From NCBI GenBank assembly GCA_965644315.1, contig CBFFRQ010000018.1, positions 248,001 to 312,000 of the forward strand: 64,000 bases of DNA, read 5' to 3'. The position numbers and the translations under genes are program-made. Numbering within the stretch: position 1 is the stretch's first letter; each line of letters begins with the position of its first letter. The stretch comes from Caecitellus pseudoparvulus (taxonomy: Eukaryota; Protista; Bigyra: Bicosoecida). Below, piece by piece: positions 41,101 to 51,119 of the stretch. The notes under the pieces are model-generated. The model was given only the letters and a program-made list of their open reading frames with translations, ran no database searches and was not told the origin of the DNA.

Positions 41101-44100
41101 ACAGGAGGCTGACAGCGCCACCGCCACTGTGGCCGTTACCGCTGCCCTGGCCGTCTCAGCGCCTGGCCCCTCAGCAACACCAAGCGGCCAGCTCCGGTCA
41201 GACCAGACGACAACGAAAGTGCTGCACACGCAGGGTCCCGTGCCAGATGTTGTGGGCGCCCTGCTCGAGCGCCACAACCTGCTGTGGGAGCGTCGGCGAA
41301 GTTTCTCCAGCAGGCTGGCCGCAGAGGTGAAACGGGCCGCGGACACACGCCAGAATCCGACACCGGCGCAGCAGCTCGTGACTGCCTCTGAAAGTGGCGC
41401 ACCTGCGGCGACCACTCCCTTGCATCGGACCGGGGTGGCCAGCTCGCCCATTCCACGGGTAGTGTCGCTCGCGGACCCGCGGTCCAGCGTGGTGCTGGCC
41501 TTGCTCGCGCAGCAGGGGGCACCCACGGGGCAGGCTGCGCCTGCTCTGCACCCCCACCTCCTGCGTGTGCTGGCTGGCAGGGCGTCCCACAGGGAGCTGC
41601 TTGCCCTCGTGACCGCACCGCGATCAGAAGCAGCCTCCACCCTGTCCACCACGTCCGAAGTGCCCCTTGCTGAGGTGGAGGCCAGCACTCAGACCCCGTC
41701 GGTGCCGCCTCCCGTGGCAGCTGCTCCACGTGGAGAACGCGACACGGGCGCCACGCAACCTGCCGCCAAGGCTGCTGCTGCTGCTGCTGCCCCCGACACC
41801 ATGGCGAAAGCCATCGCCTTGTTGTCTACGCCGCCACCAGTGCTGCCTTCGACAGGCTTGGCTTTCCCACGACCCATGGTCGTGCTTCCCCACCCCCGTG
41901 TTCCTGTCGGCGCAGTGTCACTGCAGCCCCACAGCAGCTGGTGTGCGAGGGCGTCTCTTGCTCGGGCAGCCTTCGCCTCGCCCACAGACCTGGCTGCCTG
42001 GGCTGAGGCCTCCGGAGTTGCCCTGCAGGGTGCTGTGTCTGTGGATGGCGATTCCACCGGCCGCTTGGACCTCCATGTTGACAAGCGCTGCCTGAGCGTG
42101 TACGGCAGGGAGCTGCCGGTGCAAGGGCTCTCGGCTGCAGATGCCAGCGCCGCTGGAGTGCACTTGGTGGCCACCCTGCACAAGTGCTGCCGTCAGGCAC
42201 GTGAAGCTGAGTGCTGCGCTGGGCTAGGCATCGCTGCTTGCCGAGCGACAGCCGATCCCCGTGCTTGGACTCAGGCTGCGACTGCCAGCGGTGTGCCTCC
42301 TCTTGGTTTGCTTTGCAGCCAGGAGATTGGCGTGCCATCTGAGCTCGCAAATGCCATTGCAGCAGCTGCCCAGCGAGGTGCCGCGGCACTGGACGCACTG
42401 CGAGTGGCGGTGGACTTGCTGGCGGCTTTGGTATGGAGCCAGCGTCGCAGCCGCAGTGCGGTCAGCGCCGAAGAGTTCGTGACTGACCTCGCGGCGGCCC
42501 TGCACGACATGGTGCTAGAGCAAGGCCTCGTTGCCCCCCTGTGTCTCCTGCCGGCGAGCCCGGAGGCTGCCGCGGCCGGGTCCCAACTGCACTCATACTC
42601 CGCCCACGCTGGTGCAGCCTTGCTGGCAGGCTGGTTGGCATGTCTTCAGGACTGGGAGGGTGGGCCTATTTTGCGCCAGGCAAGCACTTGGTGCTTGCAC
42701 TTTCTCCTCACAGCCGCCCGGACAGAGCCGGGCAGCCTGGGCACCTCCCCGGAGCTGGCCCTCACACTGCGCCACGCGACTCTCGATGCGCCTTGCACTG
42801 TGTGGTCGCCCCTCCTCAGTCTCGTGGCGACCAGCGGGGTAGTGGCAGGCGACGAGCTGGTTTCCTCTCTGCATGCGGCAGCCACCGCAGCACAGCCACT
42901 GCCGCTCACTGCCACAGCAAGCACCGCGACTTTCTGGTCTGCAGGCGTTGCTGAAGCGTCCGAGTCCGCGCAGAGCGACAAGGAAGACGCACCAGAAGCC
43001 CGAGAGCTCCTGTGGGAAGTGGCCTCTGGACTCTTCCTGACCCGGGCGTGTGGCATTGAGTGCCTGTCCCCCCCCTCCACCCTGCTCCTGCTGTCCGCTT
43101 GGGCTGAAGCGCACAGAGGCTGCATTGTCACAGAGCGCTGGACAGGCCAGCAGCCCATGCCACAGGAGGTTTTGCGCCTGGATGCTGCCAGGCGTGGTGC
43201 AGACACTCCCCTGCCTGACATCGCTACCTCCACCGCCGCTGTGCTTACTGCCCGGCGTCTGCACGCAGTGCGGGCCCTGCTGCATGGGACCCTGCACTTC
43301 CTGGCCGCTTCTGCGCTGCAAAGGGAACTGCGAGGCGAAGGCACCTCCCTTGGCAGCGCACAAGACGCCAGCGCGCGGGAGCTGGCAGAGCAAAGCGAGC
43401 CCTCACAGCTGACGGAGGCAGGCGGGGAGGATGCACTGGGGGGCATCAAGCACGCAGGGCTGGCCTTGCTCCTGGCAGCCCACATGCAGCGCGAGGATGT
43501 CTGCACTGACGTGGCAGGGCACCTTCTGGACACGCCAGGCGGCACCCTGCTTCTTGCGGGTGGGCTGGCCGTTGCAGAGTACGACCCGTTTCTGGCCGAG
43601 TGCATCGAAGCCACGCGCCAAGCCCTCGCAGCAGAATGGGGCGAGGCAGAGGCACGCTCAGACGCTGCCTTTGCGACAAACCCCATGTGGGGAGTACTGC
43701 AAGGTACTCAGGGTGCGCTCAAGCGTCCCCTGTCCAGGGTGTGGTCCGAGCACCGTGCTGCACTGCAAGCGGCGTCCCAGCTGCAGGTGGCCAGGTTTTC
43801 CCCTGAAGAACTGCTCGCCCTGTGGACCACCCGAGCGCTGCAGGGCACCCTTGAGCTGACGCTGCACGCGGTGGCTGCCGCCGCCACTGTCGCCCTTCCG
43901 GCCTCAGCTGTGGTGCGGGCAGGCAGGCAAGTGCTGTCCACCTTGGCGTCGTTCCTCGTTGGGTGCCAGGCAGCCGAGGTGGACATCGCCTTCTGCATGC
44001 GGGTCACTGCTCTGCCCAGGGGGCGTGGTGAGGCGCGTGAGTGGGGCTGCCTGCCCAGTGTCGCCCCCATGCCCCTGACTGGTGCCCAGTCAGTGCGCTA

Positions 44101-47100
44101 CGCCAGCCAGCTCCCCGTGCACCTGGGCTCCCCCGACTCTATGCAAGTGCTCCAGGCGGGATCCGTCGCTCACGCAACTGAGGTGCTCGGACACCAGCGT
44201 GATGTCCTGCCAGAAGCCCTGAGCCTCGGTCAGTGGTGTGCACTGCTCATGGCGGGCTGTGTGGATGCGCTGGGAAGCCTGGCGGCGGCGACGGGTGCCT
44301 CGCCCGGCCTGCGCCGCCAAGTGACTGGACGCCTGCAGACCCTTCTGTCCACCTGGAACGGAAAGAGTCTGGTGTGTGGTGGGAGCCTGTTCAAGGACGG
44401 CGCAGTGCTGCCCCACGACGCCATGTCCAGCCGCCTTTCCACCCCCAGCCTGTGGCTCACGCACTTGCTTCGTTGCAGCCCGCCAGTGCCCATGCCCCGT
44501 CTCGTGCCCGGCTTGTGTGCCATTCGCATCTCAGGGGGCGCCCTCTGCGCCCTCGCCCCCCTGGCTGGCTGCTTGGGGTGCGCCGGGCGCGCAGCCTTCC
44601 AGGAGCTGTGCAGCTGGACCGGTGCGAAGTGTGCAGAGTTGGCCGCGTCGTCTTTGCAAGAGGCAGTGGCGCACTGCCGCCAGGAGGGCCCGCCGACACC
44701 CCTGGGGTTCCTGGCGGATGGTATTTTGCCCGCTCTGCAGCGTGTGTGGGAGGAGGGTCAGACCCAGGTGGACGGGGCTTGGGCAGCCTTCTACAAGGCG
44801 GCTCAGCGGATGCTGGTGCTTCTCGTTGACGGCTCCAACATCAGCCTGGGCGCATTTACATCTCTCGCAGCGACACTGCACGGCGCCCAATCGACCCTGG
44901 ACCGCATGCCAGGCCACGCCGACGCCTGTGTGCAGGCCACGCTGCAGTGGCTCCGCTCTGCGTCGGTGTGTGACGCACGGGGAGAAATCACCAAGGCTGG
45001 CCTGGCACGCACAGCCCCCCGCACGCAGCTGTTTGCGAATCCTGGGGCCTCCGATGACGCAGCGGTGGCAAAGCTGAACGGCGTGGCCAGCTCCAGTCGA
45101 CTGCTGAAGGGGCATGGCGTCGTTCCGGTCTTGTCACCTTTGCTCCTGACGGAAGCTGCCGGTAGTAAGCTGCTGCTTGCTCTACGTGCGCTGCAACTGG
45201 CGGTGCGTACACTGCGAGTAGTGCTGGACGGTGCCAACGCATGCATGCTGACTGTCACCCAGGCGTTGGCGGGAATGTGGTGTGCCCCGCTCCCGGATGT
45301 GGCACAGCCCCATCAGGCACAGTTTCTGGCCAGCGCCTTGATCCAAGCTGCTGGGAGTAGCCCCACCTTGTTTCCCGACGTCTGGCCGCGCCCGGTGCCT
45401 CAGGGCGGCGAGGAGGCTGGAACGCTGCTGCACTGTGCAGTTTCCGGCTCGGCGCTGGACCTGGCCACCCTGCGCTGCCCCCCCGGCTTGAGTGGGACGG
45501 CCGGACAGGCTCCCTTTGCGACTTCCATTTTACCCACGCCAGCGCTCCTCGCGCCTCGGTGCAGGGAGGTCGACGCAGTTTTTCCCTGCCGCATGGCAGC
45601 GCGCATGCTGCGTTTCAGTGCTGGGCTGGCCAGTCGACTGCACGGACAAGGCCGCGTGCGGGATGCAAGCGGACGGGCCATGCGGCGCCTGGTCACGGAC
45701 GAGATGTGGTTGCAGCCCAAAGACCCGGAAGCCCGCAAGGCCATTCAGGTGTTGGTGGATGGCCTCCGCACGCGCTTTCGCCACCGCTCTGCAACGGTCC
45801 ACAACGCTCGCCTGTGGACGCGCAGCTTGGTCCTACTCCCCCGCGTCAGCCTGCGCTGTGAGCGACTGCGTCACGCGGCTTGGTCTGCGGCTGTGTCCAG
45901 TTTGAAGCCGCTGGCAAGCCTCCTTTGCACTGCTGACCTAACTTGCGCAGGGGCCAGCTCACAGCATCTGAGTGTGCGTGAAGCCGTTCTGGCGACTTGG
46001 CCAGAGCCAGCACCAGCGCCAGACTCGGAGGAGTTCGACGCTGGCCTGCTCGCTCTGCTGGAGCAGGTGGAGGGCGGCGAAGAGCAGCACACCCCAGCCT
46101 CTGCGCTGTCCCACAGCCTGACCTTCGCCGCCCAGTCAAGGGCGGCTGCCGTCTTTGCGGGGGGTGGCGTATTTGCCCGCTCCCTGCGCGTGCGGCCCCA
46201 CGTGCTGGGGTTCCTGTCCACCCTCCCCATTCCCCCCCTAGACCCCGCCTGTGGCCCGACTGACACGCCTTGCCAGGCGGCCGGCGCTGCCCTGGACAGT
46301 GCTGTCAAGGCTGGTACACCTGTCCTGTGCCTTCTGGAGGGGCCGCTTGTGCAGGCAGCGTGGTACATCGGTCGTGCACAGCGCCGCTGGCTGAGCCGCC
46401 AAGAAGGCCCCGCTCCGGCACACACCTTTGCGGCTGCTGTGCAGCAGGGCGTGTCCCTGTCGCCCGCCGTGGGCCTGTCCCCCATGGACACGGCTGAGCG
46501 TCTTCGTCTTGCGCTTCCTGGCTTGGATCGGCAACCAGTGCTGTGCAAAGCTGCGGTGTCGGCGGTGTGCAGCCTCCACGCCGTGGCTGCGGCGTGGGCG
46601 GCCATGTGGCGGGGAAAGGAAGAAGTGACCGTCGCGCACTTCATGACGCGGTATGCCGTGCTACCCAACAATCCCCAGAACCTCGCCCAGCGCCTGGGCC
46701 CTTCATGTGCGCAGGACGGGCCCGCATCCCCGCCTCCTCAGCCCTCGGCGCGAAGTGTTTGGCGCTGCATCCAGCACTGTGCGCAGTGGGAGTGGTGCCG
46801 CGGCCAAGGCGAACACCTCACACGGGAGGGCGCCTATTTGCATGCAGCCCCCACCATGCAGTCTCTGGCCCTGCCCCAGGCCATTGCACAGTCAGTGGCT
46901 GGAGGCGTGCTCTGGCCTGCGCTCCTTTCGCTCTCTCTCGCCTACCTCCCTCAGCCAGGCAGCCCCAACCGCATGGCAGGCAAGTGGAAGCAAGTTGCTG
47001 ACAGGCAGCAGGGTCTGGACTCCGTGCTCAGCACTTTGCGCCTGACCTGGACCGTGCAACAGACTGGCATTCCAGCGTGCTTCCCCAGCCTCATGCAAGC

Positions 47101-47200
47101 TCTGCAGACGTTGCTGCCCGAGGCCCAGTACGGGCAGAGGGTTCGGGAATGGGCACACGCCAGCTGTCCACCAAGCTTCGATGCCAGCCTGGCCTTGTAG
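38183..47200 (+). CDS. Giant (3005 aa) intronless protein with two N-terminal ankyrin-like modules and a long Ala/Leu-rich helical C-terminus
   Basis: 9-kb uninterrupted frame; HPLLHAVHQGRPEMVHWLL and HPVLHAVQHCSEDALAALL ankyrin-like segments; basic NLS-like stretches. Confidence 0.7.
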   Translation: MDAAGPGQAAGERGAGGAKQRRTQDGAGDVISPYAGMQAWLSADVPPSQGELWLAQHLQGRKAASTNAAAVGGSPLRPSMEVKESRSTDELQDVSGTSKQGTNGVGSSCEGGEALKLGGREASKSAPLPVGGNTGTASDQQRDADSASEAAVRTDAHAVLDGQSAPQSLAGGLFDAESSDSDDELALADVALAGHGGAPAPPTPKAHPTTPPLATSSPPRRRGRRRVGGGATGYRHREVLPMFEEVWGVIAAKDSTLADLQAAWKDMHCPVECCAALGPQETSHPLLHAVHQGRPEMVHWLLLQGLRPDCTGAVRPYSGDNLLGQGMDNEHRQPLDLARQLRSLGTKPAAMLQVLDMLETALAAQDLGKSYADMVGEDDTREVVDTPVESAEATPPEGGAPSLLQLVSAADAQPADPAPPLSEHERALLDANSAHHEHGEFYHPPEVSERFAEVVAAAQEDDAAGVRAALVADTGLAAAAWDQDADGTNHPVLHAVQHCSEDALAALLQARLPVHVRGTVHPLPSDDCRPGELKRITPEGLARLMIGKLRVACNTKARLRFERVLGLILRAASEQASPDFQAPTPTPLQTAKAVEPVAAPPPQATGQSPVDALAQLRQQVAALDATEGAPAVAPVRSRSSGAVDKLQKRRQAKEARRARRAEKRRREAASDSDEEVVESHRLQPQRRRLPSSGSSQASEESSGGEEYTGLGGRVVQADAHPEYAMRVGSPVPRRPAEGAASDAGSSGDSSAMEGGIYDEVAPDDLFSEEEEDFVPAPQQPLRHIQTQLPLQPSAADSHGTSRPPALALGDSRDSESPRTEGTSSRRVQGSILRVPAARKRSRAKVRHPAPTPRRHLTARSLRHPAPRQGGPPAKRRPRPPASGPGSAPFSGGVGISIAALPDVGATATAAVAQHAQRVVASKSAAGGAQTPPSLDVRDSPGRGAGLVWDDEVSAALRHQSSVRQTALLSQLQQQEADSATATVAVTAALAVSAPGPSATPSGQLRSDQTTTKVLHTQGPVPDVVGALLERHNLLWERRRSFSSRLAAEVKRAADTRQNPTPAQQLVTASESGAPAATTPLHRTGVASSPIPRVVSLADPRSSVVLALLAQQGAPTGQAAPALHPHLLRVLAGRASHRELLALVTAPRSEAASTLSTTSEVPLAEVEASTQTPSVPPPVAAAPRGERDTGATQPAAKAAAAAAAPDTMAKAIALLSTPPPVLPSTGLAFPRPMVVLPHPRVPVGAVSLQPHSSWCARASLARAAFASPTDLAAWAEASGVALQGAVSVDGDSTGRLDLHVDKRCLSVYGRELPVQGLSAADASAAGVHLVATLHKCCRQAREAECCAGLGIAACRATADPRAWTQAATASGVPPLGLLCSQEIGVPSELANAIAAAAQRGAAALDALRVAVDLLAALVWSQRRSRSAVSAEEFVTDLAAALHDMVLEQGLVAPLCLLPASPEAAAAGSQLHSYSAHAGAALLAGWLACLQDWEGGPILRQASTWCLHFLLTAARTEPGSLGTSPELALTLRHATLDAPCTVWSPLLSLVATSGVVAGDELVSSLHAAATAAQPLPLTATASTATFWSAGVAEASESAQSDKEDAPEARELLWEVASGLFLTRACGIECLSPPSTLLLLSAWAEAHRGCIVTERWTGQQPMPQEVLRLDAARRGADTPLPDIATSTAAVLTARRLHAVRALLHGTLHFLAASALQRELRGEGTSLGSAQDASARELAEQSEPSQLTEAGGEDALGGIKHAGLALLLAAHMQREDVCTDVAGHLLDTPGGTLLLAGGLAVAEYDPFLAECIEATRQALAAEWGEAEARSDAAFATNPMWGVLQGTQGALKRPLSRVWSEHRAALQAASQLQVARFSPEELLALWTTRALQGTLELTLHAVAAAATVALPASAVVRAGRQVLSTLASFLVGCQAAEVDIAFCMRVTALPRGRGEAREWGCLPSVAPMPLTGAQSVRYASQLPVHLGSPDSMQVLQAGSVAHATEVLGHQRDVLPEALSLGQWCALLMAGCVDALGSLAAATGASPGLRRQVTGRLQTLLSTWNGKSLVCGGSLFKDGAVLPHDAMSSRLSTPSLWLTHLLRCSPPVPMPRLVPGLCAIRISGGALCALAPLAGCLGCAGRAAFQELCSWTGAKCAELAASSLQEAVAHCRQEGPPTPLGFLADGILPALQRVWEEGQTQVDGAWAAFYKAAQRMLVLLVDGSNISLGAFTSLAATLHGAQSTLDRMPGHADACVQATLQWLRSASVCDARGEITKAGLARTAPRTQLFANPGASDDAAVAKLNGVASSSRLLKGHGVVPVLSPLLLTEAAGSKLLLALRALQLAVRTLRVVLDGANACMLTVTQALAGMWCAPLPDVAQPHQAQFLASALIQAAGSSPTLFPDVWPRPVPQGGEEAGTLLHCAVSGSALDLATLRCPPGLSGTAGQAPFATSILPTPALLAPRCREVDAVFPCRMAARMLRFSAGLASRLHGQGRVRDASGRAMRRLVTDEMWLQPKDPEARKAIQVLVDGLRTRFRHRSATVHNARLWTRSLVLLPRVSLRCERLRHAAWSAAVSSLKPLASLLCTADLTCAGASSQHLSVREAVLATWPEPAPAPDSEEFDAGLLALLEQVEGGEEQHTPASALSHSLTFAAQSRAAAVFAGGGVFARSLRVRPHVLGFLSTLPIPPLDPACGPTDTPCQAAGAALDSAVKAGTPVLCLLEGPLVQAAWYIGRAQRRWLSRQEGPAPAHTFAAAVQQGVSLSPAVGLSPMDTAERLRLALPGLDRQPVLCKAAVSAVCSLHAVAAAWAAMWRGKEEVTVAHFMTRYAVLPNNPQNLAQRLGPSCAQDGPASPPPQPSARSVWRCIQHCAQWEWCRGQGEHLTREGAYLHAAPTMQSLALPQAIAQSVAGGVLWPALLSLSLAYLPQPGSPNRMAGKWKQVADRQQGLDSVLSTLRLTWTVQQTGIPACFPSLMQALQTLLPEAQYGQRVREWAHASCPPSFDASLAL

Positions 47201-47624
47201 AGCCATGGGCTGAAACGAGGCACTTTGCATGCAGCATGTCTTTGCACTGGTTGGTTGACGCAAGGCTCGCAGCAAGCGTGCTGAACAAGGGGTCGCTTTG
47301 GGAGGCTTGTCGGCTTCACGCCGTGCCGAAGTGCGCCAGTGCCTTGGCTTGGGCGGGACTGGTCGTGACTGCACTGCGCCTTGCGCGCGTCGGAGGATGC
47401 ATACAGTGCTCAGCTGGCCAGTGCAGACTTGTGGGAGGAAGAGATAGGACCCAGGCAAGCATGGCATTGTGCTGGCTGTGACAAACTCAAAACCCACACT
47501 TTCAGCGTGCAGTAGATATTAGAATACAAGATCACTTAGGGCACTGTCCAGTGCCGTTCTGTGGCGCTGTGCCGGTGAGTTGATCGGTGACGGTGAGAAG
47601 TGCGGAATCTGGACCCACCACGCC

Positions 47625-49010
47625 ATGGCAGTTGAGAGCAGTGGGGTATCCGTGGTGGGTCGGTGGAAGGCCGCATGTGACGCAGGTGATGCGGATGCAC
47701 TGATGGGCACCCTAGACGGGTGTGGTGGTGGCGTTGGGCCGGGGTTGGGGGGATTGTCGAGTGGTGAGACAACGGCTGGCTTTTTGGTTGCGTGTAAGTC
47801 CGGGCATGTTGGATTGTTGCGTGGGCTGTTGGAGCTGGAGGGGGAGGTTGCGGTGGACGTGCACGAGGGGGATCCATTTGGGCCTGAGAAGGGATTTCGA
47901 CATGCTTGTGCGCGCGGTCATGTTGATGTGGTACGTGTCTTGTTGGCGCTGTCTGGCGATCGACAAGTGGACGTACATGCGGAGTATATGGGTGCCCCTG
48001 AGGGTGGCTTTCGACTTGCGTGTGCCATTGGTCGCATTGGTGTGGTGCGCGAGTTGCTGGCTCTGACGGGCGGCCGGGAGGTGGATGTGCATGCAAGGGA
48101 CGGGTTCAGTCCTGAGGCTGGCTTTCGACTTGCATGTGAGAATGGACATCTAGCTGTGGTGCGCGAGCTGCTGGCGCTGACTGGTGACCGAGCCGTGGAT
48201 GTGCATGCTGGGCCTCCTGGCGACGCTGAGTATGGCTTCCGACTCGCCTGTCGCAATGGGCATTTTGACATTGTTCGGGAGCTGCTGGCGCTAACAGGTC
48301 AGCGCGAGGTGGACGTGCATGCTGGGCCGGAGGGGAGGCCTGAAGCTGGCTTCCGATGGGCGTGTGTAAATGGGCATGTGGAGGTGCTACGTTTGTTGCT
48401 GGCCCTGGGTGGGCATCGTGAGGTGGATGTGCACGCTGAAGATTTGTATGGACCCGAAGTCGGCTTTCGAGATGCCTGCGAGAATGGGCACGTGGAGGTT
48501 GTGAGGGAGCTGCTGGCTCTGAGCGGACATCGTGAGGTGGACGTGCATTCGGGGGTTGGCTTCAGGGCTGAGTATGGGTTTCAACTTGCCTGTCAGAACG
48601 GGCATGCTGATGTGGTTCGTGAGCTGCTGGCTCTGACCGGGCATCGCGAGGTGGATGTGCATGCTGGGTTTGTGAATGAACCTGAGTTTGGTTTTCAGGC
48701 TGCCTGTGAGTTTGGGCATGTGGATGTGGTGCGCGAGCTGCTCGCTTTGTTCGGGCGTCGTGAGGTTGACGTTCATGCGGGGCCTGAGGGGGATCCTGAG
48801 TACGGCTTCCAGGCCGCCTGTGAGAACGGTCATATTGATGTCATCCGCGAGGTCCTTGGCCTCACTGGCCATCGAGCCATTCCCCTCCAGGCACGACTTG
48901 CCGCTGGACAAGTAGCTGTGCAGCCGGCCAAGGATGCTGTCTGGGCCGGCACCAGCACTCGACGTGGCCGAAAGGCGTCAGTGCTGCTGCGGGCAGTGCG
49001 GGGAGTATAG
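47625..49010 (+). CDS. Ankyrin-repeat protein, ten repeats of about 38 aa (tandem copy A)
   Basis: Consensus ExGFxxACxNGHxxVVRELLALxGxRxVDVHAxxxxxP; C-terminal VWAGTSTRRGRKASVLLRA; intronless. Confidence 0.9.
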   Translation: MAVESSGVSVVGRWKAACDAGDADALMGTLDGCGGGVGPGLGGLSSGETTAGFLVACKSGHVGLLRGLLELEGEVAVDVHEGDPFGPEKGFRHACARGHVDVVRVLLALSGDRQVDVHAEYMGAPEGGFRLACAIGRIGVVRELLALTGGREVDVHARDGFSPEAGFRLACENGHLAVVRELLALTGDRAVDVHAGPPGDAEYGFRLACRNGHFDIVRELLALTGQREVDVHAGPEGRPEAGFRWACVNGHVEVLRLLLALGGHREVDVHAEDLYGPEVGFRDACENGHVEVVRELLALSGHREVDVHSGVGFRAEYGFQLACQNGHADVVRELLALTGHREVDVHAGFVNEPEFGFQAACEFGHVDVVRELLALFGRREVDVHAGPEGDPEYGFQAACENGHIDVIREVLGLTGHRAIPLQARLAAGQVAVQPAKDAVWAGTSTRRGRKASVLLRAVRGV

Positions 49011-49723
49011 AAGCAGGTGTGGTCTCCATCCGACGTAGGAAGAGATTGTCCAGCAATGGGGGCGTCAGGCTTTATGTGAGTGGAGGGGCGGGTGTGGGCT
49101 GCGCATTGGGCAGTGTGGAGGATGTGTCGGCAGCACTGGGTGGATCAGATGGAAGGTGGGTGTGTTGATGAGTGAGCTGGTGCGGTAGGGAGTGCGGATG
49201 GGATGAGCGGTGCGTGGGTGAGAGGTGTGAGGATGGGGTAGGCACTGCGCGATGAGAGGGTGCATGAAGCCCCGTGAAGATGTGAAGTACAGGTGCTGGG
49301 TTTGTGCTGGCGAGGCATGGCGGCACGCGCACTGTGAGTGGTGTGGCCGGCGCAGGGTTGTGCTGGATCGGCTTGAACTGCGTCATGCTGTGTGTGCGTG
49401 GGCGAAGAGGTGAATGAAGTGCACCTCAGATTGAGGCAGTGGCGCTGCCGTGTGTGTCGGCGCACCGAGATGGCTGTTGTGAGGGCTGTTGTGTTGGGGC
49501 GTGGCATCGAAGTCGGCCCGGCACCCATTCAGAGCGCCTTGCCTGGGCTGTTTGCATTGTGTGGCATTGTGCTGGGGGTGACAAAATCATCACCCACACC
49601 AACAGCATACTTGGTGCACCTCAATGCATGCGCTATTTCGGCACGGTATTGTGTCGCCTGTGTCGCTGTGCCGGTGAGTTGATCGGTGACGGTGAGAAGT
49701 GCGGAATCTGGACCCACCACGCC

Positions 49724-50836
49724 ATGGCAGATGAGAGCAGTGGGGGATCCGTGGTGGGTCGGTGGAAGGCCGCATGTGACGCAGGTGATGCGGATGCACT
49801 GATGGGCACCCTAGACGGGTGTGGTGGTGGCATTGGGCCGGGGTTGGGGGGATTGTCGAGTGGTGAGACAACGGCTGGCTTTTTGGTTGCGTGCAAGACT
49901 GGGCACGTTGGACTGTTGCGCGAGCTGTTGGAGCTGGAGGGGGAGCTTGCCGTGGATGTCCATGCAGGCGATTGGAGTGGGCGGGAGAAGGGATTTCGAT
50001 ATGCTTGTGCGAATGGGCATTCAGATGTTGTGCGTGAGCTGCTGGCGCTGAGCGGCGATCGCGAGGTAGACGTGCATGCTTGTCCGGAGGGCGACCCTGA
50101 GGCAGGCTTCCGATGGGCGTGTACCAATGGGCATGTGGAGGTGTTACGGTTGTTGCTGGCGCTGACCGGGCATCGTGAGGTGGATGTGCATGTTGCAGAT
50201 TTGTATGGACCCGAAGTTGGCTTTCGAGATGCTTGTGAGAATGGGCACTTGGAGGTTGTGAGGGAGCTGCTGGCTTTGTCTGGACATCGTGAGGTGGATG
50301 TACATGCTGGGATTGGCTTCAGGGCTGAGTATGGGTTTCAACTTGCGTGCATGAATGGGCACGTGCACGTGGTGCGGGAACTTCTGGCGTTGACTGGACA
50401 TCGCGAGGTTGATGTGCACTCTGGGTTCGTGGGTGAACCCGAGTTCGGTTTTCAGGGTGCCTGTGAGAGTGGACATGTTGACGTGGTGCGCGAGCTGCTA
50501 GCTCTGTCTGGGCATCGTGAGGTTGACGTGCATGCGGGGCCTGAGGGGGATCCTGAGTACGGCTTCCAGGCCGCTTGTGCGAACGGGCATATTGGTGTGG
50601 TCCGCGAGCTGCTGGGCCTCACCGGCCATCGAGCCATTCCCCTCCAGGCCTGGCTTGCCGCTGGCGAGGTAGCTGTGCAGCCTGCCAAGGATGCCGTCTG
50701 GGCCGGCACCAGCACTCGGCAGGGTCGGTGGGCGATGGTGCTGCTGCGGGCAGTGCGGGGTTCTAGGAAGCGGCCACGGTCTGCGTCCGACGCTGGAAGG
50801 GAGACTCCAGCGGTGAGGGTGCCACGGCGTTCGTGA
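49724..50836 (+). CDS. Ankyrin-repeat protein, seven repeats of about 38 aa (tandem copy B)
   Basis: Near-identical upstream sequence and N-terminus to copy A at an offset of 2099 nt; three fewer repeats; C-terminal VWAGTSTRQGRWAMVLLRA. Confidence 0.9.
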   Translation: MADESSGGSVVGRWKAACDAGDADALMGTLDGCGGGIGPGLGGLSSGETTAGFLVACKTGHVGLLRELLELEGELAVDVHAGDWSGREKGFRYACANGHSDVVRELLALSGDREVDVHACPEGDPEAGFRWACTNGHVEVLRLLLALTGHREVDVHVADLYGPEVGFRDACENGHLEVVRELLALSGHREVDVHAGIGFRAEYGFQLACMNGHVHVVRELLALTGHREVDVHSGFVGEPEFGFQGACESGHVDVVRELLALSGHREVDVHAGPEGDPEYGFQAACANGHIGVVRELLGLTGHRAIPLQAWLAAGEVAVQPAKDAVWAGTSTRQGRWAMVLLRAVRGSRKRPRSASDAGRETPAVRVPRRS

Positions 50837-51119
50837 GTGGAGGTGTGGGTGCGGGGCCACACATTGGGAAGTGTGGAGGCTTCGGGAATGAGGGGGAGGT
50901 CGTCTGCTTTTCGCCATCGGTATATGGTGGGGAGTGCGGGTAGCGGGTGTCATGCTTCGGGAAGTGTCCACGGGGTCGGGAATGTGTGGTGGAGTGCATG
51001 AGCAGACCGTGGAGTGAACGAGCTCCTGAGCAGCCCTTTCCTGCAAGCATCTTCATCCCAAGTGGGACCCTCTCAGTGCTCTAGACGCATCCTTTGCAGT
51101 ACCAATGCATTGACAGCGC

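Noticed and set aside
47760-48870. 114-bp periodic repeats as a CRISPR array or satellite
   Set aside because: They are in-frame coding ankyrin repeats with synonymous variation; no cas genes.
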